Shown: positions 11,300 to 25,806, counted from the stretch's first letter. The stretch: DNA of 64,000 bases from Squalus acanthias (GCA_030390025.1 JASTWF010000034.1:5890001-5954000), one strand, 5' to 3'. The notes: generated by a model not told the origin, from the sequence alone. Numbers and translations are program-made.

Positions 11300-11975
11300 C
11301 AACAGTGAGTGGCGTGGGGTGTATCAGTATGTAAGAGAGAATTACATTGAGGGGTGTATCAGAGTGTTACAATGAGGGGTGCGGGGTTTATCAGAGTGTT
11401 GTACGGAGGTGTGTGGGGTATATCAGAGAGTTACAGTGAGTCGTGTGGGGTATATCCGAGTGTTACAGTGAGGTGTGTGGGGTATATCAGAGAGTTACAG
11501 TGAGTCGTGTGGGGTTTATCAGCCTGTTCTAGTGAGGTATGTGGGGTACATCACAGTGTTACAGTGAGGGGTGTGGGGTTTATCAGTATGTTACAGTGAG
11601 GGGTGTGGGGTTTATCAGTGATACAGTGAGGGGTGTGGGGTATATCATAGTGTTACAGTGAGGGGTGTGGGGTATATCAGTGTTACAGTGAGGGGTGTGG
11701 GGTATATCAGTGTTGCAGTGAGGGGTGTGGGGTATATCAGTGTGTTACAGTGAGGGGTGTGGGGTATATCAGTGTTACAGTGAGGGGTGTGGGGTATATC
11801 AGTGTTACAGTGAGGGGTGTGGGGAATATCAACATGTTGCAGTGAGGTGTTTGGGGTATATCATCGTGTTACCGTGAGCGGTGTGGGGTATATCATAGTG
11901 TTACATAGATGGTTTTTGCGTATATCAAAGTGTTACAGCGAGATGTGTGCGGTATATTAGAGCATTACAGGGAGA
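11300..11975. repeat. About 28-30-bp GT-rich minisatellite (resumes at 14835-15255 and 16090-16355)
   Basis: Unit GTGTTACAGTGAGGGGTGTGGGGTATATCA(GA). Confidence 0.9.
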
Positions 11976-12012
11976 GGATTGGAATATCTAAGAGATGATT
12001 AAAGTAAGAAGA

Positions 12013-14832
12013 TAAGAACATAAGAAATAGGAGCAGGAGTAGGCCAATTGGCCCCTCGAGCCTGCTCCTCCATTCAATAAGATCATGGCTGATCTGATCC
12101 TAACCGCCAATCTACTATCACAGAACCATCGCCTGAACCTAACAGAATTGTACACACGAAACAGGAGCAGGATCAGGCTACACGGCCCCTGGGCCCGCTA
12201 CGCTGCCCACAGGGCCATGACCAATCCGAACCTAGACTCATGTCCAAATTCCTGCCCGCTCCCCGTAACCCTTAACTTCTAGGAAACTGCCTATTTCTGT
12301 TTTAAATTTATGTAATGATGTAGCTTCTACAGCTTTTTGGGGCAGCATATTCCATGGACCTACCACCTTCTGAGTGAAGCAGTTCCTTCTCATCTCAGTT
12401 TTGAAAGAGCAGCCCCTTATTCTAAGACTATGCGCCCTAGTTCTAGTTTCACCCATCATCGGGAACATCCTCCCCGCATCCACCCGATCCAAACCTTTCA
12501 CAATCTTATATGTTTCAATAAGATCGCCTCTAATTCTTCTGAACTCCAATGAGTAGAGTCCCAATCTACCCAACCTCTCCTCATATGTCCATCCCCTCAT
12601 CCCCGGGATAAACCGAGTGAACCTCCTTTGTACTGACTCGAGAGCAAGTATGTATTTTCTTAAGTAGGGACACCAAAACTGTATGCAGTATTCCAGATGC
12701 GGTCTCACCAATACCTTGTACAACTGAAGCAATACCTCCCTATTTTTATATTCTATCCCCCTAGCAATGAATGTGAACATTCCATTGGCCTTCTTAATCA
12801 CTTGCTGCAACTGCATACTAACCTTTTGAGTTTCGTGCACCAGGACCCCCAGATCCCTTTGCACTTCAGTACTTTCCAGTTTCTTGCCATTAAGATAATA
12901 ACTTGCTCGACTATTTTTCCTGCCAAAGTGCATAACCTCACACTTTCCAGTATTGTATTCCATCTGCCAAATCTCTGCCCACTTACTTACCCTGTCGATG
13001 TCCCCTTGCAGATTTTTTATGTCCTCCTCACTCACTACTTTCCCTCCCATCTTAGTATCATCTGCAAACGTTGATATGTTACACTCGGCCCCTCCTCCAA
13101 ATCGTTAATATAGATTGTAAAGAGTTGGGGACCCAGCACTGACCCCTGTGGAACACCACTAGTTACTGATTGCCAGTCTGAGAATGAACCATTTATCCCA
13201 ACTCTCTGCCTTCTGTTAGATAGCCAATCCTCTATCCATGCCAGATTACCCCCTCCCCCAATCCTGTGATTTGTTACCTTAAGCAATAATCTTTTGTGTG
13301 GCACTTTGTCAAATGCCTTTTGGAAGTCTAAATCCACTGGTTCCCCTTTATTCACCCTGTATGTTAAATACTCAAAGAACTCCAGCAAATTTGTCAAACA
13401 TGACTTCCCCTTCATAAAACCATACTGACTTTGTCCTATTAAATTATGATTATCCAAATGTCCCGTTACTGTCTCCTTAATAATGGACACCAACATTTTA
13501 CCTACCACAGATGTTAGGCTAACCGGTCTATAGTTTCCAGCCTTCTGTCTACTGCCGTTTTTAAATAAGGGTGTTACATTAGCATGTTTCCAGTCTGCTG
13601 GGATCTTTACTGCATCCAGGGAGTTTTGGAAAATAATTACCAATGCATCCACAATCCCTACCGTCACTTCCCTCAAGACCCTAGGATGTAAGCCATCAGG
13701 CCCAGGTTATTTATCCGCCTTGAGTCCCATTATTTTACCGAGTACCACTTCCTTAGTGATTTTGATCGTGTTTAGCTCCTCCCCCCCATAGCCCCCTGTT
13801 TGTCCAGTGTTGGGATATTCTTAGTATCCTCTACTGTAAAGACTGATACAAAATATTAAATCAGTGTATTTGCCATCTCCATATTTCCCACCATTAATTT
13901 CCCGGTCTCATCCTCTAAGGGACCAACATTTACTTTAGCCACCCTTTTTCATTTTATATAACTATAAAACTCTTACTTTCTGTTTTTATATTTTTTGCTA
14001 ATTTACTTTCATAATCTATCTTCCCTTTCTTAATCAATCTTTTTGTTATTTTTTGCTGTCTTTTAAAGTTTTCCCAATCCTCTATCCTCCCACTAGATTT
14101 GGCGACCCTACAAACCCTTGTTTTTAGTCGAATACTATCCTTAATTTCTTTACTTCGGCACGGATGACTGTCTTTTCTTTTACACCCTTTTCTTCTCAGT
14201 GGAATATATTTTTTTGGAAGTTGTAAAATAACTCCTTAAATGTACACCACTGATCATGTATCATCTTACCCTTTAATCTATTTTCCCAATCCACTCTCCT
14301 CAATTCCGCTCGCATACCTTCATAGTCTCCTTTATTCAAGCTTAGCACGCTTGTTTGAGATCCAACCTTCTCACCCTCTAAGTGAATATGGAATTGAACC
14401 ATGTTATGGTCACTCATTCCAAGGGGATTCTTTACTCGGACATTTTTAATTAATCCTGTCTCGTTACACAGGACCAGATCTAAGGTTGCTTGCCCCCTGG
14501 TCGGTTCAGTTACATACTGCTCAAGAAACCCATCCCTAATACACTCAATGAACTCATCTTCAAGACAACGCTGCCCAATTTGATTTGTCCAATTAATATG
14601 ATAGTTAAAATCCCCCATAATTATACATGTTCCCTTATTACAAGCCTCAACTATTTCTTGATTGATACTCCGTCCAACAGAGTTGCAACTGTTCGGAGGC
14701 CTATAGACGATGCCCACTAGTGCTTTTTCCCCTTATTATTCCTTATCTCCACCCAAACAGTTTCATTATCCTGATCTTTTGACCCAGCATCAATTCTCTG
14801 TATTACAGTGATTCCTTCCTTTATTAACATAG
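12013..14832 (-). mobile_element. 5'-truncated CR1 LINE (endonuclease and RT), decayed
   Basis: YRPPNS, MGDFN, NYRPVSLTS, DFQKAFDKVPH, GVPQGSVLGP, RPHLEYC and a (TTCTTATG)-type tail. Confidence 0.95.
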
Positions 14833-14834
14833 AG

Positions 14835-15255
14835 GGAAGGGGTATATCAGAGTGGTACAGAGAGGTGTGTGATGTATATCAGTGTGCTACAGTAAGGGAT
14901 GTGTGGGGTATATCAGAGTGTTATAGTCAGGGGAGTGGGTTTACATCAAAGTGCTACAGTGAGGGGTGTGGGGTACATCAGGTTTATACAATGAGGGGTG
15001 TGGTGTATAACAGAGTGCTATAGTGAGGGGTGCTTGGTACATCACAGTAATACAATGAGCGGTGTCGGGTATAACAGAGTGTTACAGTGAGAGATGTGGT
15101 GTATAACAGTGTTACAATCAGGGGTGTGGGTTTATATGAGTGTTTTACATTGATGGGTGTCGGGTATATCAGAGCGTTACAGCGAGGGGTATGGAGTTAT
15201 CAGAGAGTGTTACAGTGAGGGGCGTGGGGTAAAACGGTGTGTTACAGTGAGAGGT
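14835..15255. repeat. GT-rich 30-bp minisatellite, second block
   Basis: Same unit as 11300-11975. Confidence 0.85.
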
Positions 15256-15257
15256 TT

Positions 15258-16090
15258 AAGAACATAAGAATGTAAGAAATAGGAGCAGGAGTAGGCCATT
15301 CGACCCCTTGAGCCTGCTCCGCCATTCAATGAGATCATGGCTGATTTTCTCCCTCAATTCCTTTCACCGGCCTTATCTCGATATCCCTTGATGCCCTTAG
15401 TAGTCAAAAAACTATCGACCTCTGTTTTGAATATAACCAATGACTGAATCTCCACAGCCCTCTGGGGTAGAGAATTCGAAAGATTCACCACCCTCTGTGT
15501 GAAGAAATGTCTTTATTAGAGTTAGATATATTTCTTAAGGCTAAGGGGATCAAGGGATATGGGGAGAAAGCAGGGACAGGGTACTGAATTTGGATGATCA
15601 GCCATGATCGCATTGAATGGCGGAGCAGGCTCGAGGGGCCGAATGGCCTACTCCTGCTCCTATCTTCGATGTTTCTATGCTTCTCATCTCAGTCCTGAAT
15701 GGCCTACCCTTTATCATGAGGCTTTGGCCCCTGGTTCGAGACGCCCCAGCCAAGGGAAACATTCTCCCAGCATCCAACCTATCAAGCCCTGTAATATTTT
15801 TTTATGCTTCAATGAGATCCCCTCTCATTCTTCTGATTTGAAGAGAATACAGGCCTAGTTTACTCAATCTCTTCTCATATGACAGTCCCGCCTTCCCAGG
15901 AATCAATCTCGTGAACCTTCGTTGCACTCCCTCTATGGCAAGTATATCCTTCCTTAGGTAAGGAGACCAAAATTGTACACAGCACTCCAGATGTGGTATC
16001 ACCAAGGCCTATATAAAGGGAGCAAGACTTCTTTACTCCTGTACTCAAATCCTCTTGTAATGAAGGCCAGCACACCATTTGCCTTCCTTG
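15258..16090 (-). mobile_element. CR1 3' fragment with an opposite-strand CR1 tail nested at about 15515-15680
   Basis: PHLECCVQFWSPYLRKD...RRMRGDLIE; nested plus-strand GGCCGAATGGCCTACTCCTGCTCC tail. Confidence 0.85.
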
Positions 16091-16439
16091 GTGTATGTAA
16101 GAGAGTGTTATAATCAGGAGTGTGGGTTATATCAGAGTGTTACAGTGAGGGGTGTGGTTTATATCAGAGTTTTATAGTGAGGGGTGTGGGGTATATCAGA
16201 TTATTATAGTGATGGGTGTGGAGTACATCAGAGTGTTACAGTGAGTGGTGTGGGGTATATCAGCGCATTGCAGTGAGTTTTGTGAGTTATTTCAGTGTGT
16301 CACAGGTAGGGGTGTGAGGTATATCAGTGGGTTACAGTGAGGGGTGTGGGGTACAGCCCCACCAAACATTCCAAGGGCAGGGACAGTGGGTAAGATACAG
16401 AGTAAAGCTCCCTCGACACTGCCCCACCAAACAGTCCCA

Positions 16440-16770
16440 TAAAGATTATGAGAAGGTTCTAAAGGGTGGTCGTGGAGAAAATGTTTCCACTTGTGGGAGT
16501 GCAAAACTGGAGATCATCAATATAAGATAGTCACTAATAAATCCAATGGAGAATTCAGGAGAAATTCTTCACCCAAAGAGAGGTGAGAATGTGGAACTCG
16601 CTACCACAGGGAGTAGTGGAGGCGGATAGTACAGATGCATTTAAGGAGAAGCTCGATAAACACATGAGGGAGAAAGGAATATAAGGTTATGCTAATAGAA
16701 TTAGATGAAGAGGGGTGAGAGGAGGCTTGTGTGGGGAATAAACACCGGCACAAACCAATTGGGCAGAATA
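16440..16770 (+). mobile_element. CR1 3' fragment
   Basis: GAGAATGTGGAACTCGCTACCACAG; near-identical to 49893-50220. Confidence 0.8.
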
Positions 16771-18655
16771 GGTCAGAGGCAGAGTAAATCTACCCCAACA
16801 CTGCCCCATCAAACTCCCCCAGGGCAGGCACAACACGACTTAGACACAGTGTAAATCTCCCTCAGCATTGTCCCATCAAACACTCCCAGGGCAGTTTCAG
16901 CAAAGGTTAGATACAGAGTAAAGGTCCCTCTACACTGGCCCAACAAACTCTCACAGGGCAGGTACAGCACAGGTTAGATACAGAGTAAAGCTCTCTCTAC
17001 ACTGTCCCATCAAACACTCTCAGGGCAGATACAGCACGGGTGAGATACAGAGTAAAGCTCCCTCTATGCTGTCCCATCAAACTATCTCAGGGCAGGTACT
17101 GCAAGGAGTAGAAACAGAATAAAGCTCCCTCTACCATGTCCCATCAAACTCACCCGGGGCAGTTTCAGCAGGTTAGATACAAAGTAATTCTCACTCTACA
17201 CAGTCCCATCAAACACTCCCAGGGCATGTTCAGAACATGTTTGACAGAGAGTAAGGTTCCCTCTCAACTGTGCCGCCAAACACTCCCAGGGCAGGTGCAG
17301 CACGGGTTAGATACAGAGTAAAGCTCCCTCTAAACTGTCTCATCAAATTCTCCCAGGGCAGGAACAGCATGTGTTCGATGCAGAGTGAAGCTCCCTCTTC
17401 AATGTCCCATCAAACATTTAAAGGGCATGTACAGCAGGGGTTAGAAACAGAGTAAAGCCCCCTCAACACTGTCCCATCAAACTCCCCCATGGCAGGTACA
17501 GCACGGTTAAGATACAGAGTAAAGCTCCCTTTACACTGTCCCATCAAACACTCCCAGGGCAGGTACAGTACGGGTTAGATCCAGAGTAAAGCTCCTTCTA
17601 CACTGTCCCATTGAACAATCCCAGGGCAGGTACAGCACGGTGTAGATACAGAGTGAAGCTTCCTCTTAACTGTCCCAGCAAACACTCCTAGGGCAGTTTC
17701 AGACCACGTTTGATACAGAGTGAAGCTCCCTCTTCACTGTTTTATGGCAGGTACAGCACGGTTAAGATACAGAGTAAAGCTCCCTTTCCACTATCCCATC
17801 AAACCCGTCCAGGACAGGCAGAGCACGAGTTAGACACAGAGTAAAGCTGCATCAACACTGTCCAATTTATCACTACCAGGGCAGGTACAGCATGGAGTAG
17901 ATACAGAGTAAAGCTTCCTCTACACTGTCCCATCAAACACCCGCAGGGCAGGAACAGCAGCGGTTAGATACAGAGTAAAGCTCCCTCTGCACTGTCCCAT
18001 CAAACACTCCCATGGCAGGTTCAGATCACGTTTGATACAGATTAAAGCTCCCCCTACACTGTCACGTTAAACACTGCCTAGGGGAAGGTTCAGAACAGGT
18101 TAGATAGAGTAAATCTCCGTCTGAACTGTCCCAGCAAAACACCCCCAGGGCAGGTTCAGACCACGTTTGATAGAGTAAAGCTCTCTCTACACTGTTCCAT
18201 TAAACCCATCCAGGTCAGGCAGAACAAGAGTAAGACAGATTAAAACTCCCTCGACACTATCCCATCAAACTCTCCCAGAGCAGGTACAGCATGTGTTAGA
18301 TACAGACAAAAGCTGCCTCTACAGTGTCCCATCAAACCCTTCCAAGACAGGCACAACACGATTTAGACACAAAGTAAAGCTGCAACAACACTGGCCCATC
18401 AAACACTCCCAAAGCAGGTGCAGAATGGATTAGATACAGATTAAAGCTCCGTTTACACTGTCCCATCAAATTCTCCCAGGGCAGGTAAAGCACAGGGTAG
18501 ATACAGAGTGAACCTCCCTCTACAATGTAACATCAAACACTCTCAGGGCAGGTACAGCACAGGTTAGATACAGAGAAAAACTCTCTCTACACTGTCCCAT
18601 CAAATACTCCCAGGGCAGGTTCAGACAATGTCTGGAACATAGTAAAGCTCTGAAA
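16770..18655 (+). repeat. 67-bp satellite array
   Basis: Unit CACTCCCAGGGCAGGTACAGCACGGGTTAGATACAGAGTAAAGCTCCCTCTACACTGTCCCATCAAA. Confidence 0.95.
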
Positions 18656-20150
18656 TGAATATTTCATAGAAATCAGGCAGGGGAATTGTGATATACTTGA
18701 ACAAATTAGTATTGAGAGGGAGGAGGTACTAGCGGTTTTAGCGGGTTTAAAAGTGGATAAAACCCCAGGCCCTGACGGGATGTGTCCCAGGCTGCTGTGT
18801 GAGGCAAGGGAGGAGACTGCAGGGGCTCGGACTCAAATTTTCAGAACCTCTCTGACCACAGGGGAGGTGCCAGAGGACTGGAGAACAGCTAACGTAGTAC
18901 CATTGTTCAAGAAGGGTAGTAGGGATAAACCAGGGAATTACAGGCCAGTGAGCCTCACATCAGTGATAGGGAAATTATTGGGAAAAATTCTGAGGGTCAG
19001 AATTAGTCTCCACTTGGAGAGGCAAGGATTAATCAGGGATAGTCAGCATGGCTTTGTCAGGGGGAGATCATATCTAACCAATTTGATTGAATTTTTTGAG
19101 GGGGTGACTAGGTGTGTGGATGACGATAGTGCAGTTGATGTCGTCTACATGCTCTTCAGTAAGGCTTTTGATAAAGTCCCACATGGGAGACTGGTCAAGA
19201 AGGTAAGAGGCCATGGGATCCAGGGCAATTTGGCACAGTGGATTCAAAATTGGATTAGTGGCAGGAGACAGATGGCGATGGTCGAAGGTTGTTTTTGTGA
19301 CTGGAAGCCTGTGTACAGTGGTGTAACGCAGGGATCGGTGTTGGGTCCTTTGCTGTTTGTAGTGTACATTAATGATTTAGATATGAATGTAAGTTCGCAG
19401 ATGACACGAAAATTGGTGGAGTGGTAAATAGCGAGAAGGGAAGCCTCAGACTACAGGACGATATAGGCGGGATGGTTAGATTGGCAGAACAGTGGCAAAT
19501 GGAATTTAACTCTGAAAAGTGTGAGGGGATGCATTTTGGGAGGACAAACAAGGCAAGGGAATACACAATGAACGGTAGGACCCTAGGAAGGACAGCGGAC
19601 CCTTGGCGTGCATGTACATAGATCCCTGAAGGCAGCAGGACAGGTAGATAAGGTGGTTAAAAAGGCATATTGGATACTTGCCTTCATTAGCCGAGGCATA
19701 GAATATACGAACAGGGAGGTTATGATGGAGCTGTACAAGACGCTGGTTAGGCCACAGCTGGAATACTGTGTGCAGTTCTGGTCGCCACACTATAGGAGGG
19801 ATGTGATTGCATTGGAGAGGGTGCAGAGGAGATTCACCACGATGTTACCTGGGCTGGAGCGTTTCAGCTGTGAAGAGAGACTGGACAGGATGGGGTTGTT
19901 TTCCTTGGAGCAGAGAAGGCTGAGACGGGACCTGATTGAGGTGTACAAAATTATGAGGGGCATAGCTAGGGTGGTAAAAAAGAAATTCTTCCCTTCGTAG
20001 AGGGGTCAATAACCAGGGAGCAACGTTTCAAGGTAAGGGGCAGGAGGTTTAGAGGGTATTTGTGGAAAAACTTTTTCACCCAGAGGGTGGTTGAAACCTG
20101 AAGCTCACTCCCTTAAAGGGTGGTAGAGGCAGGAACGCTCACAACATTCA
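18655..20150 (+). mobile_element. CR1 RT fragment
   Basis: TPGPDG, NYRPVSLTS, FSKAFDKVPH, QGSVLGP, RPQLEYC. Confidence 0.95.
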
Positions 20151-20640
20151 AATCACTCCCAGGACAGGTACAGCACGGGTTAGATACAGATTAAAGCTCC
20201 CTCTACAATGTCCCATCAAACACTCCCAGGGCAGGTACAGCTCGCGTTAGATAGAGTAAAGCTATCTCGACACGGTCGCATCAAATACTCCCAATGCAGG
20301 TACAGCACAGTTTAGACACAGAGCAAAGCTCCCTCTACAATGCCCCATCAAATGCTCCCAGGGCAAGTACAGCTTCTATTAGATGCAAATTAAAGCTGCT
20401 TCTACACTGTCCCATCAAATGCTCCCAGGGCAGGTACAGCTTGTATTAGATGCAGAGTAAAGCTGCCTCTACACTGTCCCATCAAACACTCCCAGGGCAG
20501 ATTCAGACCACGTTTGATACAGTGTAAAGCTGCTTCTGCACTGTCCCATCAAACACTCCTAGGGCAGGTAAAGCACGGGTTAGATAAAGAGTAAAGCTCC
20601 CTCTACAATATCCCATCAAACATTCCTCGGGCAGGTAGAT
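20150..20640 (+). repeat. 67-bp satellite array
   Basis: Same unit as 16770. Confidence 0.9.
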
Positions 20641-21340
20641 CAGTAGTTGGGAAAATGCAGGAATCTATTATAAAGGATGCAATAACTGGGCACTTAGAAA
20701 CTAATAGTAAGATTGGGCAGAGTCAACATGGATTTATGAAAGGGAAATCCTGTTTGACAAACATATTGGAGTTCTTTGAGGATGTAACTAGTGGAGTAGA
20801 CAAAGGGGAACCGGTAGATGTGGTGTATCTGGATTTTCATAAGACCTTCGATAAGGTCCCACACAAGAGGTTGGTGAACAAAATGAGGGCACATTGAATT
20901 GGGGGTAATATACTTGCATGGTTTGAGAATTGGTTAACAGACAGAAAACAAAGAGTAGGGAGAAACGGATCTTTTTCAGGATGGCAGGCTGCAACTAGTG
21001 GTGTACCGCAAGGATCGGTGCTTGGGCCCCAGCTATTCACAATCTATACCAAGGATTCGGATGAGGGGACTAAATGTAACATTTCCAAATTTGCTGATGA
21101 CACAAAGCTAGGTGGCAGTGTCAGTTGTGAAGAAGATGTGAAGAGACTTCAAGGGGATCTCAAAGGGCTCAGTGAGGGGCGTGAACATGGCAGATGGAAT
21201 ATAGTGTCGATAAATGTGAAGTTATCCAGTTTGGTAGACAAAACAGAAAGGCAGATTATTTCCTAAATGGTGAAAGATTGGGGAATGTAGATGCACAAAG
21301 GGACCTGGGTGTCCATGTACTTGAGTCATTGAAAGTGAAT
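20640..21340 (+). mobile_element. CR1 RT fragment
   Basis: SQHGFMKGKSCLTN, YLDFHKTFDKVPH, KFADDTK. Confidence 0.9.
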
Positions 21341-22160
21341 GTGCAGAGTAAAGCTTCCTCTACACTGTCCCATCAAACACTCCCAGGGCAGGTGCAGACC
21401 ACGTCTGATACAGAGTAAAGCTTCCTCCACACTGTCCCATCAAACTTTCCCAGGGCAGGTACAGCAGGAGTTAGAAACAGAGCAAAGCTCCCTCTACACT
21501 ATCCCATCAAACACTTCCAGGACGCATTCAGACCATGTGTGATACAGAGTAAAACTCCCTTTACACTGTCCCATCAAACCCGTCCAGGACAGGGAGAACA
21601 CGAGTTAGACAGAGTAAAGCTCCCTCTATACTGTCCAATCAAACACTCCCAGGCCAGGTGCAGCACGGATTAGATACAGATTAAAGCTCCCTTTACACTG
21701 TCCCATCAAACCCATCCAGGACAGGGAGAACACGAGTTAGACAGAGTAAAGCTCCCTCTGTGCATTCCAATCAAACACTCCCAGGGCAGGTGCAGCACGG
21801 ATTAGATACAGATTAAAGCTCCCTCTACTCTGTCCCATCAAACACTCCCAGGGCAGGTGCAGCACGGATTAGATACAGATTAAAGCTCCCTCTACTCTGT
21901 CCCATCAAACAATCCCAGGGCAGGTGCAGCACGGATTAGATACAGATGAAAGCTGCCTCTACACTGTCCCATCAAATCACTCCCAGGACACGTATAATAC
22001 GGGTTAAATGCAGAGTAAAGCTGCCTGTATACTGTCCCATCAAACCCTTCCAGGACAGGCACAACAAGAGTTAGATACAGAGTTAAGCTCCCTCTACAGT
22101 TTCCCATCAACACTCGCAGGGCAGGTACAGTACACGTTAGATACAGCATAAAGCTCACTC
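21340..22160 (+). repeat. 67-bp satellite array
   Basis: Same unit as 16770. Confidence 0.9.
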
Positions 22161-22295
22161 ACTAGAAGGACACACACCGCGGGACACACTCAATGGAAGT
22201 AGACACCGCGGGACACACTCACTGGAAGGAGACACACCGCGGGACACACTCACTGGAAGGAGACACACCGCGGGACACACTCACTGGAAGGAGTC
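22160..22295. repeat. 30-bp tandem repeat, about 4 units
   Basis: GGACACACTCACTGGAAGGAGACACACCGC. Confidence 0.85.
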
Positions 22296-22469
22296 ACACG
22301 ATGAGAAGGGCTGGGCCCAGGGGCGAGGGAGGGGCCCAGGGGCGAGGTCGATGCCCAGGGGTGGCGCAGCGGGGTCGGGAGGACCACACTGCAGCCTATG
22401 AAACCCAGGCAGAGAGGACCTGCGGGAAGAGGGAGGAGGACAGTAGGAGTGGGTTTGTGTGTGTGTGCT

Positions 22470-25400
22470 CGGCCGATGTAGCAGAGCCTGGTCTCCAATC
22501 GTCTTGGATCCCCTTGCCATTGGACCAAGACCTTGCTCTGTCAAGCCTGTGTGGTAGCTGGTGTGCAACGGCCACCCCACGTTAAAATAATTCACGCACA
22601 GGCATCTTCCACCCTTTAAAATGATGTTCGGGACCTGGAACATCAGGACCCTCATGGACAAGCCCAACAGCGACAGACCGGAACGCCATTGTGCTATCGT
22701 TGCCCGGGAGCTCAGACGTTTCGACATAGACATCACCGCCCTAAGCGAGAGCCAGTGGCCAGAGGAAGGCCAGCTCAAGGAGCAAGGCTGTGGTTACACC
22801 TTCTTCTGGAAAGGCAAACCTGAAGAAGAACACCGCCTCCATGGGGTAGGTGTCGCCATAAAAAATGAGCTAGTTAAACGTCTCAGAGACTCCCCTTGTG
22901 GAATAAACGAACGCCTCCTCACTCATGGATCAACCTAGCCCGGAACCAGTGCGCTACGGTCATCAGTGCATCCGCCCCAACACTGGAAGCCACAGACAAG
23001 ACCAAAGAGGAATTCTGCTCCAGCCTCGAACAATCCCTGTCCCGAGTCCCAATGGTTGACAAACTGATCCCCCTTGGCGACTTCAACACCAGAGGTGGAA
23101 AGGACACAGACCTCTGGGGAGGTGTGATCAGCAGAGAGGGGGTAGGGAAAGCCAACTCCAATGGTACCCGCCTCCTGACGAAATGCTAAGAACATGGCCT
23201 TGTCATAACCAACACCTTGTTCCGTCAGAGAGACAAGTACAAGGCTTCATGGCAACACCCTCGCTCCAAGCACTGGTATCTGTTGGACTACGTCATCGCC
23301 CGAGCGAGGGACCGCAAGGACGTCCGCATCACCTGTGCCATGACAGGAGCTGACGACTGCTGGACAGCCCACTGCCTAATCAGCTCTGTCATCTCCATCA
23401 ACGTAGCCCCAAAACAGCGGCGGCAACAGATGCAATGCCGCAGGAAAATCAACGCTGGAGCACTCAAAGACCCTGCTAAGAAAGCCCTATTCAGCCTGTG
23501 CCTCACAACCAACATGACGACTCCCAGTGATTCAGAGACACAGAGTGTCCACGGCGCCTGGTCTGCACTCAAGGCCTCCATAATCAGCACCTGCGAAGAG
23601 ACGCTCGGTCACTCGACCAGGAAAAATCAAGACTGGTTCAACAAGAATGACCAGGAGATCCAGGAGCTAATAAGTCGTGAGGGCAAGGCATTGCTGATCT
23701 GGAAACAGTAACAGAACTCGAGAGCCAGAAAGCAGCTCTACAGACATTGAAGGCCGAGGTCCAACAAAAAACTCGCGACCTAAGAACAGATGGTGGGTTG
23801 AGAAAGCGCAGGAGATCCAGCAGCTGGCCGACAACCACGACGTGCGTGGATTCTTTAGCGCATTCAAGACCACCTACAGCCCAAGCACCCATGGTCCTAC
23901 CCCACTGCGGGCTAAGAATGGAGAGGTACTCATCAAGGACAGAGAGGCAGACAGTGCCCGCTGGAAGGAGCACTTCGAAGATCTCCTTAACCAAAACTCT
24001 GTCTTCGATGCGAGTGTCCTCAACTCCATCCCGCAGCATGCTGCCCGCAATCACCTCCGCACAACCTCAGTCCGGCATGAGGTTGAAAAGGTCATCCGAC
24101 AACTGAAGAACAACAAGGCCTCAGGAGCAGATGGAATCCCCGCCGAGGCGCTAAAACATGGTGAAGAAGTACTATTGGCGCGAATACATGAACACATTTC
24201 TCTTATTTGGAAGGAGGAGAGCATGCCAGGGGATCACAGAGACGCCGTAATCGTGACCATCTTCAAGAAAGGTGACACAGGGAAAGTCATCGCAAGAATC
24301 CTCCTCAATCGCCTTCTCCCAGTGGCTGAAGAGCTCCTCCCAGAGACGCAATGCGGATTACGCCCACTAAGGGGCACAATGAACATGATCTTTACCGCTC
24401 GTCAACTACAAGAGAAATGCAGGGAACAGCACCAACCGCTGTACACGGTCTTCTTTGACCTCATAAAGGCCTTCGACACCATCAACCGTGAGGGATTATG
24501 GAGTATCCTCCTCAAATTCAGCTGCCCTCAAAAGTTTGTCACCATCCTCCGCCTCCTTCACGACAACATTCAAGCTGTAATCCTGACAAACAGATCCACC
24601 AGAGACCCAATTCATGTATGGACCGCGGTCAAGCAAGGCTGTGTCATCGTAACAACGCTCTTCTCGTTCTTCCTGGTTGCAATGCTCCATCTCACCCGCA
24701 GTAAGCTCCCCGCCGGAGTGGAGCTGATCTACAGAACAAATGGGAAATTGTTCAAACTCCATCGCCTCCAGTCCAGATTCAAGGTCGTTCCATCCTCTGT
24801 CATCGAATTACAGTATGCAGACGACGCTTGCATCTGTGCTCACTCAGCAGTCGAACTCTAAACCATCGTCAACATCTTCACCGAAGCGTACGAGAGCATG
24901 GGCCTTACGCTAAACATCCGTAAGACAAAGGTCCTCCACCAACCCGCCACAACTACTGCTCCCCCATTATCAAAATCCATGACGAGGCCTTGGACAACGT
25001 GGACCACTTTCCATATCTCGCGAGCCTACCGTCAACAAGGGGAAACGTCGAAGACAAAGTCCAACACCGCCTTCAGTTTGCCAGTGCAGCCTTCGGTCGC
25101 CTGAGGAAGAGAATGTTTAAAGTCCAGGACCTCAAACCCAGCACCAAGCTCATGGTCTACAGAGCAGTAGTGATACCCAACCTCCTGTATGCTTCAGAGA
25201 CATGGACCATGTACAGCAGGTACCTCAATGCACTGGAGACGCACCACCAATGCTGCCTCCGCAAGATCCTGCAAATCCATTGGCAGGATAGGCGCACCAA
25301 CCTCAGCGTTCTCGCTCAGGCCAACATCCCAGCTTCGAAGCTTTGACCACGCTCGATCAGCTCCGATAGCCGGGCCACATCATCCGCATGCCCGATAAGA

Positions 25401-25806
25401 GACTTCCAAAATTAGCGCACTACTCGGAGCTCCGGCACGGCAAGAGAGCCCCAGGTGGGCAGAGGAAACGCTTCAAGGACACTCTCAAAGCCTTCTTGAA
25501 AAAGTGCAACATCCCCAGCGACACCTGGGAATCCCCGGACCAAGACCGCACAAAGTGGAGGAAAAGCATCCCGGAAGGCGCCGAATACTTCGAGTCCCTT
25601 CGCCAGGAGCAAGCGGAAGCCAAGCGCAAACAGCGTAAGGAGCGCACTTCAACCCAGCACCCCACACACCCGTCCCTTCAACCAACGTCTGCCCCACCTG
25701 TGACAGAGACTGTAGGTCCCGCATTGGACTCATCAGTCACCTGAGAACTCATTTTTACTGTGGAAGCAAGTCATCCTTATTTCCGAGGGATTGCCTAAGA
25801 AGAAGA
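22470..25806 (+). mobile_element. Near full-length RTE-clade LINE, inactivated
   Basis: GTWNIRTL, LGDFN, WQHPRSKHWYLLDYV, KASGADGIPAE, FDLIKAFD, KQGC, YADD, LLYASETW, KRAPGGQRKRFKD and an (AAG)n tail; several stops, frameshifts and an in-frame deletion after IFKKGD. Confidence 0.95.

Noticed and set aside
22472..22585. HDV-like ribozyme in the RTE 5' UTR
   Set aside because: Stems are present (CAGAGC/GCTCTG, GTCTTGG/CCAAGAC), but I could not build the nested double pseudoknot by eye; it needs a descriptor search.
22621..25744. Active RTE element or domesticated reverse transcriptase
   Set aside because: Multiple stops, frameshifts and a deletion of the NYRGISLL region.
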